64,000 nucleotides of DNA from Archaeoglobus sp. JdFR-37 (GCA_002010215.1 MTMY01000031.1:1-64000), one strand, 5' to 3'; positions 48,318-59,375 are shown, counted from the stretch's first letter. Program-made: numbers and translations. The notes: a model not told the origin generated them from the letters alone.

Positions 48318-49243
48318 TCTTTTCCAGTCTTCCCTTGGGTTAACTTCTTGGCCAGCTCAACTTCTAAATCATATTCGGTTTTTATACCCATTTCATTGAG
48401 CTTTCTACTTGCCTCTTCAATGCTTTCGGCATCGCTGACAGCTTTCGCCAGAGGACTGCTATCATAAAGATGCTTTGCATCGATGTAGAAAATGAGAGAA
48501 TTCAGAAATCCCACATGTATCTCAAACTCCCCCCAGAAATTATAGCTGCCGTGGTAACCCAGTGATGCTGCAAGAGGTATTCTGGATGCTTCGGTCTCAA
48601 CAGAATACACAAAGTCCTTAAGTTGTTCAGCTACATCAGAACCAATTATGCTGACTCCGATCACGGCGCTGTTGAGTTCAGACAGCCTTGCTTCGATATC
48701 GCTTCTGGAAAGCTCTCCATCACTGCCGAAACCAACAACGGCAACCAGTGAGTGCAAGTCTTTTATTGCTGCCAGCATGATGGCGTCCGCAAGAGGACTC
48801 ACCAAATTAACCTCATCGCCTTTCGCCAGAACATCGCCACCGGCATCAACTCCAACTATGATATCGATCTCCTCATTTCTAACAAACTGATACAGACTCT
48901 CTCTAAGTTTTTTGACCCCTTTTGTTATATCCACTCCCACGACTCTACTAGCAAGTTCGGATATTTTTGAAGTAATGGGAACAGTATTTTCTATCCTCTC
49001 GTCCCCATCAAGCCAAGCCAGACAGTCGTTTATCTTCTCAGCTCCTCTTATCTCCTCAATACTTCTCGGACCTGGTTTGGGGTCTCGCCTAAATCTCTCC
49101 CAGACAACACCTCCAAGAATGCATTCAACGTCAAAGTGTGAAAAGAACTCTTTTACATACAGGGTGCTGACAGCATCTCCTCCTCCACCCATTCCGATCA
49201 GAAGAGCCTTACTGGAATCCTTCAGTAGTTCAATGACTTTCAC
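48305..49243 (-). CDS. DUF1152-family protein
   Basis: GMGGGGD, WER...DP.PGPR, VDAGGD.LA.G.E..L.SPLAD, G.DGEL. Confidence 0.85.
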   Translation of the reverse strand: MKVIELLKDSSKALLIGMGGGGDAVSTLYVKEFFSHFDVECILGGVVWERFRRDPKPGPRSIEEIRGAEKINDCLAWLDGDERIENTVPITSKISELASRVVGVDITKGVKKLRESLYQFVRNEEIDIIVGVDAGGDVLAKGDEVNLVSPLADAIMLAAIKDLHSLVAVVGFGSDGELSRSDIEARLSELNSAVIGVSIIGSDVAEQLKDFVYSVETEASRIPLAASLGYHGSYNFWGEFEIHVGFLNSLIFYIDAKHLYDSSPLAKAVSDAESIEEASRKLNEMGIKTEYDLEVELAKKLTQGKTGKDYEK

Positions 49244-49478
49244 TTCAAATGGTTTCTAGATGTTTAACATAACTATTTTGGTTAATTATCCTGAGAACAT
49301 CATGAATAATAGTTGAGGTAATTTTATCGTGTTCTGTCCAACAATTATGGTTTGTATGTCAAAACGCTTAAATATGTTTGTGTCGGACAAAAGTGCGACA
49401 TAGTCGGACATGCGGGAGACAGTTGGGTGGCAGTGGGATGACGGATGTGAGGCGCGCCTACATATGGAGATGTGAAGG

Positions 49479-49652
49479 ATGAGAAAGATATCCATTAGGC
49501 TCACCGAATCGCATTTCGAAGCGCTCGAAGCTTTGGTGACGGCGGGAGAATATGCCTCGGTTAGCGAGGCTATTAGAGACGCTATAAGGCGTCTCCTTGA
49601 ATCGAAAAAGGAAATTCTGGAAAGGTCCCAGTCAATGGGGCCTTTCCGATAA
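49479..49652 (+). CDS. cdrS: CdrS-like ribbon-helix-helix cell-division regulator (not in the ORF track)
   Basis: [40 protein letters not shown]... (57 aa), with an RBS, directly upstream of ftsZ. Confidence 0.85.
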   Translation: MRKISIRLTESHFEALEALVTAGEYASVSEAIRDAIRRLLESKKEILERSQSMGPFR

Positions 49653-49671
49653 AATATTTGGGGGAAAATGT

Positions 49672-50778
49672 ATGAAATCAATATTGAGTAGGGCACAGGA
49701 GTTTTATCTGAAGGAGAGACAGAGGGGAGACAACTTTGACATATCTGAGTTTGTGACACCACGCATAGCTGTTGTGGGATGCGGTGGTTCTGGAAACAAT
49801 ACTGTGACTAGGTTGACAAATCTAGGCGTTAACGGTGTGACGACGATAGCTGTTAACACAGATTATCAGCACCTCAAAATGACGAAGGCCGATAAAAAAG
49901 TGCTTATTGGAAAGAGCATTACCAAGGGTCTTGGTGCTGGAGGAAGCCCTGAAATCGGCAGAAAGGCGGCAGAGCTTGCAAGAGGAACGCTTGAGGAGCT
50001 CTTAAGAGATATGGATATGGTTTTTATCTGTGCTGGAATGGGTGGCGGCACTGGCACTGGAAGTGCTCCAGTTATAGCAGAGATTGCCAAAAAGCAGGGG
50101 GCAATAGTGATTGGAATGGTGCAAACACCATTCAGGATAGAGAGGGCCAGGCTAATAAAGGCTGAGGAAGGGCTGAATGATCTCAAAGACCACTGTGATA
50201 CTGTCGTCGTGCTTGACAACAACAAGCTCCTAGAATACGTCCCGAACCTGCCAATAAACCAGGCATTCAGCGTCATGGATCAAATTGTGTCCGAGACTAT
50301 AAAGGGAATTTCAGATACTATCACCACTCCAAGCCTGATGAACATCGACTTTGCAGATGTCAAAGCAATCATGGGTCACGGCGGTATCGCTGCCATGCTG
50401 GTTGGAGAGGCAAGGGGACAGAACAAGGCGAAAGAAGTAGTCAGGGACTGCCTGAACCACCCACTTCTGGACATCGATTACAGAGGGGCTACTGGAGCCC
50501 TGATTCACATAACCGGCGGAAACGACTTAACACTTAAAGAGGCTGAGGAAATCGTTCAGAATCTCACGTTCGAAATAGATTCCAATGCACTGGTCATTTG
50601 GGGTGCGAGGATTGACGAAAGCATGGAAGGCAGCGTCAGAGTGATGGCCATAATGACCGGTGTTGCATCACCCCAGATGCTATCGAAAAGGGAGGAGCTT
50701 GTAGACGTAAAAAATGAATTCAAGATGAAATCGAGAGCTAAAGGGGTGATTACTAGCACAGTGATAGACATTCTCTGA
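49672..50778 (+). CDS. ftsZ: Cell division protein FtsZ (FtsZ2-type context)
   Basis: [32 protein letters not shown] at 49672. Confidence 0.96.
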   Translation: MKSILSRAQEFYLKERQRGDNFDISEFVTPRIAVVGCGGSGNNTVTRLTNLGVNGVTTIAVNTDYQHLKMTKADKKVLIGKSITKGLGAGGSPEIGRKAAELARGTLEELLRDMDMVFICAGMGGGTGTGSAPVIAEIAKKQGAIVIGMVQTPFRIERARLIKAEEGLNDLKDHCDTVVVLDNNKLLEYVPNLPINQAFSVMDQIVSETIKGISDTITTPSLMNIDFADVKAIMGHGGIAAMLVGEARGQNKAKEVVRDCLNHPLLDIDYRGATGALIHITGGNDLTLKEAEEIVQNLTFEIDSNALVIWGARIDESMEGSVRVMAIMTGVASPQMLSKREELVDVKNEFKMKSRAKGVITSTVIDIL

Positions 50779-50838
50779 AATAACCAGTTCTGATTACTCT
50801 TCCACCCCCCTCCAAATTTTTTAATATTTTTTGAGAGA

Positions 50839-51150
50839 TTGCGGTTCATGATTGTTGAGCTGTCAGTGGTGCCAATAGGTGTTGGAGAATCCCTCAGCAA
50901 CTATGTTGCTCGAGCTGTGAATGTACTCAGAAAGAAAGGGAGAAAGCATCAGATCAACCCCATGGGCACTGTATTTGAGGTGGAGAGCTTCAGGGAGCTA
51001 GGAGACATATTAAATGAAATAAGGAATGAGCTAGAGAGAGCTGACGTTCCACGCATCTATTTTGTGATTAAGGTAGATTACAGAAAGAAAGCTACAGATA
51101 TGGAGCACAAAGTTGAAGCGGTAGAGAGGATTTTGAAAGAAGGGTGTTAA
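50839..51150 (+). CDS. MTH1187/thiamine-binding family protein
   Basis: 'ELSVVP.G..ES.S.YVA', 'MGT..E', 'K.D.R'. Confidence 0.85.
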   Translation: MRFMIVELSVVPIGVGESLSNYVARAVNVLRKKGRKHQINPMGTVFEVESFRELGDILNEIRNELERADVPRIYFVIKVDYRKKATDMEHKVEAVERILKEGC

Positions 51151-51228
51151 GTGGATGTTAAGCACTTCCTTACGACTCTAGCCTCTTAGGTGCAAAAACC
51201 TCATTAACTATCTCAACAACTTGAGTTC

Positions 51229-52386
51229 ATGGCTATATACATCTTCACTGAAATGGAGAATGGAAAAGCAAGGAGAATATATGCTTCCACTCGCTATCCT
51301 TCCAAGCAGACCGGAGTTACGTTCTATGATGCCGATATGCCTGTAAAGGTTACTGAAACCCTTCCTCTTGATTTCAGAGGATTTTACAGTGTTGTCTCCT
51401 TTAAACCCTCTTACGTTATTGCGTCTAGGGATGTGATCGGGGGAAAGCCCCTTTATTACTCCCACGACCTCACGTTCTCCTCCTTCAAATGGTATTTTGA
51501 TGATGAGCCGGTTGAGGTGGAACCGGGTGAAGTTCTGAAAATAGATTACAACGGTATGGTAATTGAAAGGAAAAAGTTTCACTTTGGAGATGTCTTCAAG
51601 CTTGAACCTTCAGAACCTTCTGAGCTGGTAGAAAGGATTGAGAAGAGCCTTTTATCATTCAAACCCGGTCATTCATGCATAGCTTTTTCTGGAGGAGTTG
51701 ATAGCTCTCTTTTAGCAGCTATTTATGATGCTCAGCTGATAACCGTGACTTCCAGTGACAAAGAGGAAGAGTGGGTCAGGAAAGTTGCCAGAGAGCTTGG
51801 GAAGAGTATAGAAGTCTTCAAATTCGATGAAAATTATGTTAGAGATGTACTTCCCGAGGTCATCTCAACCATCGAAACTATAAATCCCCTTCATATAGCC
51901 ATCTCAATTCCAGTGTATGCCAGCCTTGAATTTGCTAAGAGTCTAGGATATTCCAGTGTTATCTTTGGGCAGGGAGCTGATGAGCTGTTTGGCGGATATA
52001 AGAGGTATGAGATTATGGATAAATTTCAGTTGGAGGATGCAATTCTGAACGATGTGCGGAACCTTGGAAGAGATAATCTTATTAGAGATTGCAAGCTGGC
52101 ATATCGGAAGGAAATGAAACTTTTGCTTCCGTATCTCCAGTGGGATGTGATTGAAGCAGCCATAAATCTGCCCGTTGACATGAAAATCAGGAAAGTGGAT
52201 GGTAGAGTTATCAGGAAGTACGTTCTGAGGGAAATGGCATCAAGGTATCTGCCAGAAGAGGTGGCGTACAGAGATAAGAAAGCAGTGCAGTATTCCACAA
52301 AGACGAAGGACATCCTGATGAAGTTTGCTAAGAAGGAGGGGCTAAAACTTGAGGAATACCTCCGAAAGATCAGAAGTGAAGGTTAA
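51229..52386 (+). CDS. Asparagine-synthase-family protein (truncated glutaminase domain)
   Basis: RD.IG.KPLYY, FSGGVDS, GQGADELFGGY, K..LR, K.A.QY. Confidence 0.85.
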   Translation: MAIYIFTEMENGKARRIYASTRYPSKQTGVTFYDADMPVKVTETLPLDFRGFYSVVSFKPSYVIASRDVIGGKPLYYSHDLTFSSFKWYFDDEPVEVEPGEVLKIDYNGMVIERKKFHFGDVFKLEPSEPSELVERIEKSLLSFKPGHSCIAFSGGVDSSLLAAIYDAQLITVTSSDKEEEWVRKVARELGKSIEVFKFDENYVRDVLPEVISTIETINPLHIAISIPVYASLEFAKSLGYSSVIFGQGADELFGGYKRYEIMDKFQLEDAILNDVRNLGRDNLIRDCKLAYRKEMKLLLPYLQWDVIEAAINLPVDMKIRKVDGRVIRKYVLREMASRYLPEEVAYRDKKAVQYSTKTKDILMKFAKKEGLKLEEYLRKIRSEG

Positions 52387-52786
52387 GCATGGGATTGAAT
52401 GCAGGGTGGACTGTGAGGTTGATTCCAAAGGTGATGTCTTCTGCGGACTGTGCTGCTTCGAGACCGAAATGCCGTTAACTGATGAAGATGTTAAAAGGCT
52501 TGAAGAGGTTGGATACAGAAAGGAGGATTTTTCAATAGTTATTAACGGTATTAGAAGGCTGAGAAATGTTGAGGGGAGGTGCTTTTTCTTGTCCTCAGAC
52601 AACAGATGTAAGGTTTATAACTACAGACCAGAGGGCTGTAGACTCTATCCGGCAATTCTCAATTCTGAAACTATGGAAGTAGAAGTGGATAAAGTATGCC
52701 CGAAGGCTAGTAGGGTAAAAGTTGGAGAGGAGGTTAAACAAGCTTTAATCGTCTTAGTCAAAAAAATTTATGGTCAGAAGAGCTGA
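52349..52786 (+). CDS. YkgJ-family (CxxCxxCC) Fe-S/Zn cluster protein
   Basis: CGLCC, C.FL, C.VY..RP.GCR.YP, CP. Start position uncertain. Confidence 0.8.
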   Translation: MRNTSERSEVKVKHGIECRVDCEVDSKGDVFCGLCCFETEMPLTDEDVKRLEEVGYRKEDFSIVINGIRRLRNVEGRCFFLSSDNRCKVYNYRPEGCRLYPAILNSETMEVEVDKVCPKASRVKVGEEVKQALIVLVKKIYGQKS

Positions 52787-53667
52787 AGGAGGAATTCTGA
52801 CAGCCTTACTGCATCTTCTTTGTTTCTCATCATAATGTTCGTAGCCACAACTTCGTAGGTTTCACCCTCAAAGTTCCCATCTGTGCTATCCACCACCAGA
52901 ATATCCAGAAAGTCTCTGTAAACTTCTCCAACGCCTTTTGGCGACACTTCAAATCCCTTTGCTCTCATTAATTTTGCTGCTGGACCGCTTACCGCTGTCT
53001 TTCCGATGATGGGGCTTACTGCTACCACTTTTTTCCTTCTTAAGAGATCTCTCATACCTCTGAGGGAAAGTATGGGAGATATGCTAGTGATGGGATTACT
53101 GGGACCGATTATGACGCCCTTTGCTTTCTCAAGTGCCTTTATCACATCTTCAGTAGGTTTGGCATCCTCTATCCCCTTGAAATATACGTCAATTACTTCT
53201 GGTTTCCCCTTTCGCCTAACCCAGAATTCTTGAAAGTGCATGTCTCCTTCAATGGTTACAACTCTCGTTTCAACCTCCTCTTCGCACATGGGCAGAATTT
53301 CGTTCTCTACGCTGTAAGTCTCTGCAACCTTTCTGGTTGCTTCTGTTAAACTCATACCCTGCCTTAACAGCTCACTTCTCATGATGTGTGTCGCTCTATC
53401 TGCATCACCTATCATGAGGACTTCATCGAATCCAAGCTCCTTCAGCCTGAAATGGGTCATGAATGTGTCGTGTTTAATTCCCCACCACTTTGTTTCATCT
53501 ATAAGTCCTGCAAGAGCGTATATAACAGAATCTATATCCGGACAGACTTTATTTCCAGAAACCCACATGTCTTCGGCGGTGTTGACGATAACTGAGAAAT
53601 TAGTTATCTCATTCATTCCTCTCAGAAGCTTGGGTGTCCCTGTTCCCCCGGAAAGAACCGCTAACAT
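52774..53667 (-). CDS. cofD: 2-phospho-L-lactate transferase (F420 synthesis)
   Basis: [38 protein letters not shown]. Confidence 0.95.
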   Translation of the reverse strand: MLAVLSGGTGTPKLLRGMNEITNFSVIVNTAEDMWVSGNKVCPDIDSVIYALAGLIDETKWWGIKHDTFMTHFRLKELGFDEVLMIGDADRATHIMRSELLRQGMSLTEATRKVAETYSVENEILPMCEEEVETRVVTIEGDMHFQEFWVRRKGKPEVIDVYFKGIEDAKPTEDVIKALEKAKGVIIGPSNPITSISPILSLRGMRDLLRRKKVVAVSPIIGKTAVSGPAAKLMRAKGFEVSPKGVGEVYRDFLDILVVDSTDGNFEGETYEVVATNIMMRNKEDAVRLSEFLLQLF

Positions 53668-53777
53668 GATGGTAGCTGGATGCATCGCTATTTAAGCTGA
53701 GCGATTTCTATTCTGATTTCTTCTATTCTAATTACACCATTATTACGGTATTTGTCGTGTACTCTGTTATCAGCTAT

Positions 53778-54761
53778 TTAAACAGTCTGAACAGGGTGCA
53801 AAGACTTCTCCCATAATTTGAACTCGTCATAAAGTCGTCTTTTCTCGAGATACGTTCTAGAGATTATATATTCGTCTTCTACTTCCCTTTTCGTTCCTAC
53901 AATTAGGTATTTTTTACCATTTATGGTCTCTATGTCTCCTCTCGCCTCTATAACCTCCCCTTCCTGAGCCTGACCTACGAAGGTGTGGGTGAAGCATAAG
54001 ATGGCTGTTATTTCTCTGTGTTTTATCGGATAGAACGCCGGGTAGTCGAATACAAGAGAATCATCAACTAGCTCAGCAACTATTTTTCCCTTGCCAGTCT
54101 TTACTCCTTTCTCTTCGGGAATATCTCTCTGAAGCTGAGAGTAATCTCGGACGAAAAGGAGGTCGAAGTATATGTTGTCGATAACTGCTCTGTGGTACTT
54201 CCTCCTCTCATGGGTCAGAAATACATGGAAAGGCAGTGTCACCTTCCTCTTTTTGTAAATGAACTCCCACATGTTACTGTCTGGCTCCTGAATTTCTCCT
54301 CTTTGGATTCCCCTTTTTATTTTCTCTCTTCCTCTAAACCACCAATCCCCATACATCACAAAATCTACGTCGCTTTCATCTCCTACAAGTCCTATAAGCC
54401 TGCTGCCAGTAACACCCATTTTGTCCAGAGGTATTCCATCAAAAAAGCTTACAACCTTTCTGACATACCCATCTGCATCCCTAACTCCTTTTTCTGGCTT
54501 ATATACTCTGTCTATTTTTTCATGTGGAATTAAAAAGATGCCAAGCTCATGGCTGTAATATTCAATTTTATTCTGCTTGGCAAAGTCAATGGCCTCTTGG
54601 TGACTCAGCTTTCGATATCTAACACCATCTTTCAGCCGGTCTCCATTACTGTCTCGGATGTAACGCAGGAAAGCTTTCACTCTGCCCTCGTTTCTATAAC
54701 CAACCACAGAAAAGAACATCCCGTCTGCTTCGAGAAAATCTCTAAGTCTAACGGGCTTCAT
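53778..54761 (-). CDS. Pol-beta-like nucleotidyltransferase (COG1665-type)
   Basis: R.RDF, GVTGS.L.G.....SDVD.V.YG. Confidence 0.8.
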   Translation of the reverse strand: MKPVRLRDFLEADGMFFSVVGYRNEGRVKAFLRYIRDSNGDRLKDGVRYRKLSHQEAIDFAKQNKIEYYSHELGIFLIPHEKIDRVYKPEKGVRDADGYVRKVVSFFDGIPLDKMGVTGSRLIGLVGDESDVDFVMYGDWWFRGREKIKRGIQRGEIQEPDSNMWEFIYKKRKVTLPFHVFLTHERRKYHRAVIDNIYFDLLFVRDYSQLQRDIPEEKGVKTGKGKIVAELVDDSLVFDYPAFYPIKHREITAILCFTHTFVGQAQEGEVIEARGDIETINGKKYLIVGTKREVEDEYIISRTYLEKRRLYDEFKLWEKSLHPVQTV

Positions 54762-55314
54762 ACATTGCGTAAATCCTTTTTATTTCCTTTGCTCTAGCTG
54801 TGGCTCCATTCTTTTTCAGCAGTTTACCATTTATAAGCTTCATTCTTGTAATGCGGAATTTTCTGCCGTGGATGTTTAGTACCTCTCCAACTCTGAATTC
54901 CGTTTCCCCTGAGGTGTGGATTTCGTATGGTGTCGTCACTGCCCCTTTGTGCAAGCTAAGTTTAACGTCTACTTCCCCCACATCTCTGAGCCAGACAGTT
55001 TCAACATCTCTTACCTCAGCTATCTGGCTTCTTTTCCCATTTTTAAGTTCTAGTGAAGTGACTTCTCCTATCTTGAAACCCTCATTTACCTCTACAATCA
55101 CCTCATCTCCTACTTCAAGGGTCTCTGATTCTTTAATGTTCAGCTTACCAACTTCAGAAGTTGAACCACTGCTGATTATGGCTCTGATCTCTATTTCCTT
55201 TTCTGGAACATAACGGGTGACAGTGCTGCATTCCTGACACTGATACATATCATCTTTAAGGAGGATATGTTCCGTCTCATCCTTGCAAGAGTCGCAGTAA
55301 ATGTATTTTTTCAT
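54748..55314 (-). CDS. HVO_0476-family zinc-finger protein
   Basis: CDSC...H...CQEC followed by two repeated beta domains. Confidence 0.8.
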   Translation of the reverse strand: MKKYIYCDSCKDETEHILLKDDMYQCQECSTVTRYVPEKEIEIRAIISSGSTSEVGKLNIKESETLEVGDEVIVEVNEGFKIGEVTSLELKNGKRSQIAEVRDVETVWLRDVGEVDVKLSLHKGAVTTPYEIHTSGETEFRVGEVLNIHGRKFRITRMKLINGKLLKKNGATARAKEIKRIYAMYEAR

Positions 55315-55415
55315 GTATTTAAGTCAAAGATACGGTATAAAATCTTTCTCGAGAGAAATTTTATAAGCAAGTTTGGAAGTGGAAGGCGCGGGGTGAATGT
55401 AAGCGAGGTGAATAT

Positions 55416-56540
55416 ATGAAAGAGGGACTCTTAATGATTCCTGGCCCAGTACATCTCCATGAGAGGATCATCAGAGCAATGGCAAGACAGATGGTGAGCC
55501 ACAGAAGTGGCGACTTTGAGGAGATTTTCAGCTACTGCATCGAAGCTCTGAAACCCCTCTTTGGCACCAAGGGCGATATAGCAATCATTTCAGGTTCTGG
55601 TACGGCAGGAATGGAGGCGGCGATTGCATCATTCTCTTCCATTAAAAAATTCACCTGCATTGACAACGGCAAGTTCGGAGAGAGGTTTGCGAAGATAGCT
55701 TCGAAGTATTCTGAAGTAGATCATATCCGCTTCGAATGGGGGAAATCAATAGATCTGGATGCCGTCGAAGCATCTCTTGCTGAAGGGAGTGAAGCCGTAA
55801 CCTTCGTCCACAATGAAACTTCAACTGGCATCTTGAACCCTGCAGAAGGAATTGTCAGAATTGCAAAGAAATATGATGCACTGGTTATAATGGATGGTAT
55901 CACCAGTGTTGGTGGTGATGAGGTAAAGATGGATGAGTGGGGTGTTGATGTAGCTGTTGTCGGCTCCCAGAAGTGCATCGGCGCTCCACCAGGTCTGGCT
56001 GCTGTTGCAATCGGCAAAAAGGCTTGGGATTACTACAACGAAAGGGTGCCTTTCTATCTTGACCTCAGAAGCTATGTGAAGAAGGCGGAAAGTAATCAAA
56101 CTCCATATACTCCAGCAGTTCCCCTCTTCTTGGCATTAGCTGAGGCGCTGAAGATAATTGAAGAGGAGGGGTTGGAAGAGCGAATAAAGAGGCACAGAAT
56201 TTTGTCGAAAGCCGTAAGAGCTTGGGCAAATGAGGCAGGTCTGGACCTCTTTCCGGAGTTAAATGAGTATAGCGGTTACTCTAACACAGTTACAGCCATA
56301 AAAATGCCAGAAGGTGTAACAGACAAAGAGCTCAGGGGGACACTGCGGGAGGAGTTCGGGATAACTATTTCAGGCGGGCAGGAGCATCTGAAGGGCAAGA
56401 TTTTCAGAATAGGCACCATGGGGAACATTACTAAGTTCCATGTTCTGGCCACCCTTTCCGCCATCGAGAGCATCCTGATTAAGAAAAAGGCTATAAAGCC
56501 TGCCTTACATGCTGCAGTGGAGGTTATGGAAGAGATATGA
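55416..56540 (+). CDS. Class V PLP aminotransferase (serine-pyruvate/phosphoserine type)
   Basis: LMIPGP, GSGT..ME, HNETSTG, SQK, TPYTP, FRIG.MG. Confidence 0.92.
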   Translation: MKEGLLMIPGPVHLHERIIRAMARQMVSHRSGDFEEIFSYCIEALKPLFGTKGDIAIISGSGTAGMEAAIASFSSIKKFTCIDNGKFGERFAKIASKYSEVDHIRFEWGKSIDLDAVEASLAEGSEAVTFVHNETSTGILNPAEGIVRIAKKYDALVIMDGITSVGGDEVKMDEWGVDVAVVGSQKCIGAPPGLAAVAIGKKAWDYYNERVPFYLDLRSYVKKAESNQTPYTPAVPLFLALAEALKIIEEEGLEERIKRHRILSKAVRAWANEAGLDLFPELNEYSGYSNTVTAIKMPEGVTDKELRGTLREEFGITISGGQEHLKGKIFRIGTMGNITKFHVLATLSAIESILIKKKAIKPALHAAVEVMEEI

Positions 56541-56998
56541 AAGTAGGGATTGCCGACACAACGTTCTCCAGAATAGATCTGGGTAAAATTGCCATTGATG
56601 AGCTCAGGCGATATGCTGGTCTGAAATATGAGCGGTATACTGTACCGGGCATAAAAGATTTGCCTATTGCGGCTAAGAAGCTCATTGAAGAGAAGGGATG
56701 CGACATCGTTGTCACACTGGGCTGGGTTGGTGGTACTCAAAAGGATATGCTTAGCTATGTTGTACTCTCAATGGGTCTTGTCATGCTCCAGCTCATGACC
56801 AATAGACACATCATAGATGTCACGATCCATGAAGATGAGGCTGAAGACGAGAAGGAGCTTTACAAAATGGCTGAGAACAGAGTGAGGGAGCACGTCAGAA
56901 ATGCTGTGGATCTCCTTCTCAATCCTAAGAAGCTGCAGAAACTAGCTGGGACGGGGCAGAGGCAGGGATATGAAGATGTAGGCCCGATTTTCAAGTAA
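56537..56998 (+). CDS. ribC: Archaeal riboflavin synthase
   Basis: GIADTTF.R, TVPGIKDLP, HEDE, G.RQG..D.GP. Confidence 0.95.
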   Translation: MKVGIADTTFSRIDLGKIAIDELRRYAGLKYERYTVPGIKDLPIAAKKLIEEKGCDIVVTLGWVGGTQKDMLSYVVLSMGLVMLQLMTNRHIIDVTIHEDEAEDEKELYKMAENRVREHVRNAVDLLLNPKKLQKLAGTGQRQGYEDVGPIFK

Positions 56999-57104
56999 CC
57001 AATTTTTTTAACAGGTACACTCAGCTCAATTCTTCACGAATTTGATACGTGGAACATCGGTAAACTAATAAACCATTGGTAATTTGTCACACAAAGGTGG
57101 TAGG

Positions 57105-57533
57105 ATGAATAAGATAAAGCTCGGTCTTGTTGTAGCTGAGTTTAATCGGGACATTACCTACATGATGGAGGTTCTTGCCAAAGAACATGCAGAGTTTCTG
57201 AATGCCGAAGTTTCTGAGATTCTGCGGGTTCCCGGCACCTTTGATATACCCATAGCTGTAAAGAAAATGCTTGAAAGAGGAAGGGTTGATGCGGTGGCAG
57301 CTATAGGATGTGTTATTGAGGGTGAAACTGAGCACGATGAGGTTGTTGCACAGCATGCAGCCAGAAAAATTATGGATTTGAGTATCGAGTACGGTAAGCC
57401 TGTAACCCTCGGCATTAGTGGCCCGGGAATGGGTAGAATTGCTGCCCATGAGAGGGTTGATTACGCCAGAAGAGCCGTAGAAGCGGCGGTAAAGCTGGTG
57501 AGGAGGCTTAAAGAGTATGAGGGAAAGGGTTAA
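57105..57533 (+). CDS. ribH: 6,7-dimethyl-8-ribityllumazine synthase
   Basis: VAEFN.DIT, VPG.FD.P, G.T.HD, KPV.LG. Confidence 0.95.
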   Translation: MNKIKLGLVVAEFNRDITYMMEVLAKEHAEFLNAEVSEILRVPGTFDIPIAVKKMLERGRVDAVAAIGCVIEGETEHDEVVAQHAARKIMDLSIEYGKPVTLGISGPGMGRIAAHERVDYARRAVEAAVKLVRRLKEYEGKG

Positions 57534-58653
57534 GGCCGTTCAGCCCTCGGCAACCTTTGCAATTTCGGAACTGGCCAAAAAGCTGAGGGCTGAGGGAAAG
57601 CCGGTTATAGATATGGGAGTTGGTGAGCCAGACTTTGTGACACCAAAGCACATTATTGATGCAGCCATAAAGGCATTGCATGAAGGAAAAACGTTCTACA
57701 CACCAGCTCGTGGCATCCCTGAGCTTTTACAGGCAATAGTGGAGAAATTGAAGGTTGAGAATGATCTTGAATATGGGGTAGAGAACGTTATTGTCACACC
57801 TGGAGCAAAGCATGCTGTGTACGAAGCGATGATGGCCACCGTGGATTCGGGGGATGAAGTAATCCTTCTGGACCCGTCTTGGGTGACGTATGAAGCATGC
57901 ATATTGATGGCTGGGGGTAAGCCTGTATGGGTTCCCCACAACGAGGATTTCAGCGATGCAGCTGTAGAGGAATATGTGAGCGATAGAACGAGGATGATCG
58001 TTATAAATTCTCCCAGCAATCCTCTCGGTGTCGTGTATGGTAAGGAATTTTTAAAGAAAATCAGGGATATTGCCGTTGATAACGATATTCTAGTTATGTC
58101 GGATGAGATTTATGAGAAGATAATATTTGAGGGTGAGCACCTAAGCATCGCCTCGCTGGATGGAATGAAGGAGAGAACAATAATAATAAACGGCTTCTCA
58201 AAAACCTATGCCATGACCGGATGGCGTCTCGGCTATGCTGTGGCTCCCAAAGAGATCGTTTCAACCATGGCCAAAATCCAGTCCCATTCTGTCAGCTGTG
58301 CCACCAGCTTTGTCCAGTATGGAGGGATAGCTGCTCTGAAAGGCGATCAGAGTTTTGTAGAGCAGATGAGGGAAGAATTCCGCCAGAGAAGGAATTTGCT
58401 GATGAAAGGGTTGGATGAACTCGGTATAAGGTATGCCCCACCCAGAGGAGCGTTCTATATGTTCATGGATGTTGAAATGGACGCCCAGGTCTTCTGCCAG
58501 GAGTTCCTCAGGAAAGAATATGTGGCTACGACTCCTGGAAGTGCATTTGGGCAGAGCTTCGATACGTGGGTAAGGCTCAGCTATGCTACATCTAAGGAGA
58601 ACATTTCCGAGATGCTGGAGAGGTTAAAGCGGTTTAGAGGGGTTATGCAGTAA
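57517..58653 (+). CDS. Class I PLP aminotransferase (aspartate type)
   Basis: GEPDF, NSPSNP.G, SDEIY, SKTYAMTGWR.G. Confidence 0.93.
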   Translation: MRERVKAVQPSATFAISELAKKLRAEGKPVIDMGVGEPDFVTPKHIIDAAIKALHEGKTFYTPARGIPELLQAIVEKLKVENDLEYGVENVIVTPGAKHAVYEAMMATVDSGDEVILLDPSWVTYEACILMAGGKPVWVPHNEDFSDAAVEEYVSDRTRMIVINSPSNPLGVVYGKEFLKKIRDIAVDNDILVMSDEIYEKIIFEGEHLSIASLDGMKERTIIINGFSKTYAMTGWRLGYAVAPKEIVSTMAKIQSHSVSCATSFVQYGGIAALKGDQSFVEQMREEFRQRRNLLMKGLDELGIRYAPPRGAFYMFMDVEMDAQVFCQEFLRKEYVATTPGSAFGQSFDTWVRLSYATSKENISEMLERLKRFRGVMQ

Positions 58654-58725
58654 AATTTAAAAACAACCGAAAACTTTTTGTTTTAATGAGTGTAACTGTA
58701 ATTAAGATGATGATAATGAGAGAGG

Positions 58726-59373
58726 GTGAATATGGGGAACATCCTTGTCATTGGTGATCCCGGAAGCGGTAAGACCCGCCTTATATTCAAGTATATTTCT
58801 GATTACGATAAGATAGTCTGGGTTACAACCATCAAAAGTGCAGAGAGGGTTAGGAAAGAGCTGGGTCAGTTCAATTTTCGGGAACTCTGGGTTGTTGATA
58901 CCCATACTTGGCAACGTAGAGCTACCCACACTAAATATGATGTTGTAGTGAGCAATCCGTTGAATCTGAATGAAGTGAGCCTTTCAGTGGGCAAGGTACT
59001 TGATAATGTGAAGAGGGATTATTTTCTTGCATTCGATTCTATCAGCGGGTTGCTGCTGTATCACCACGCACCCAAGGTGATTCAATTCCTTAGAAACCTT
59101 GTTGTAAGACTGGAAAGTGAAGGAGGACGCGGAATCTTCACCCTAGTTAAAAACGCCCATGATGTTCATACTGAAACTTCAGTAAGTCTGATTTTTAATA
59201 ACATACTTCAGCTTGAACGAATTTTTGATGGTGAATCCGTTAAGAGGCTTGTTAAAGTAATCAGGGCAAGCAGGTATATTGAACCTGAGATTTCTGAATT
59301 CAAAATCGCATCAAACGGGATTGAGTTAAATCCAAGCCTTGATGCATTTATAAAGGAAGAGTTGAAGAGATAA
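58726..59373 (+). CDS. RAD55/KaiC-like P-loop ATPase
   Basis: GDPGSGKT, DSISGL, single RecA-like domain. Confidence 0.75.
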   Translation: MNMGNILVIGDPGSGKTRLIFKYISDYDKIVWVTTIKSAERVRKELGQFNFRELWVVDTHTWQRRATHTKYDVVVSNPLNLNEVSLSVGKVLDNVKRDYFLAFDSISGLLLYHHAPKVIQFLRNLVVRLESEGGRGIFTLVKNAHDVHTETSVSLIFNNILQLERIFDGESVKRLVKVIRASRYIEPEISEFKIASNGIELNPSLDAFIKEELKR

Positions 59374-59375
59374 GT

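Noticed and set aside
49286..49762. 158-aa minus-strand ORF
   Set aside because: Overlaps cdrS, the ftsZ start and their promoter; no recognisable protein features.
58697..58710. ATGATGA (C-box-like) motif
   Set aside because: No suitably placed CTGA D box or terminal stem.
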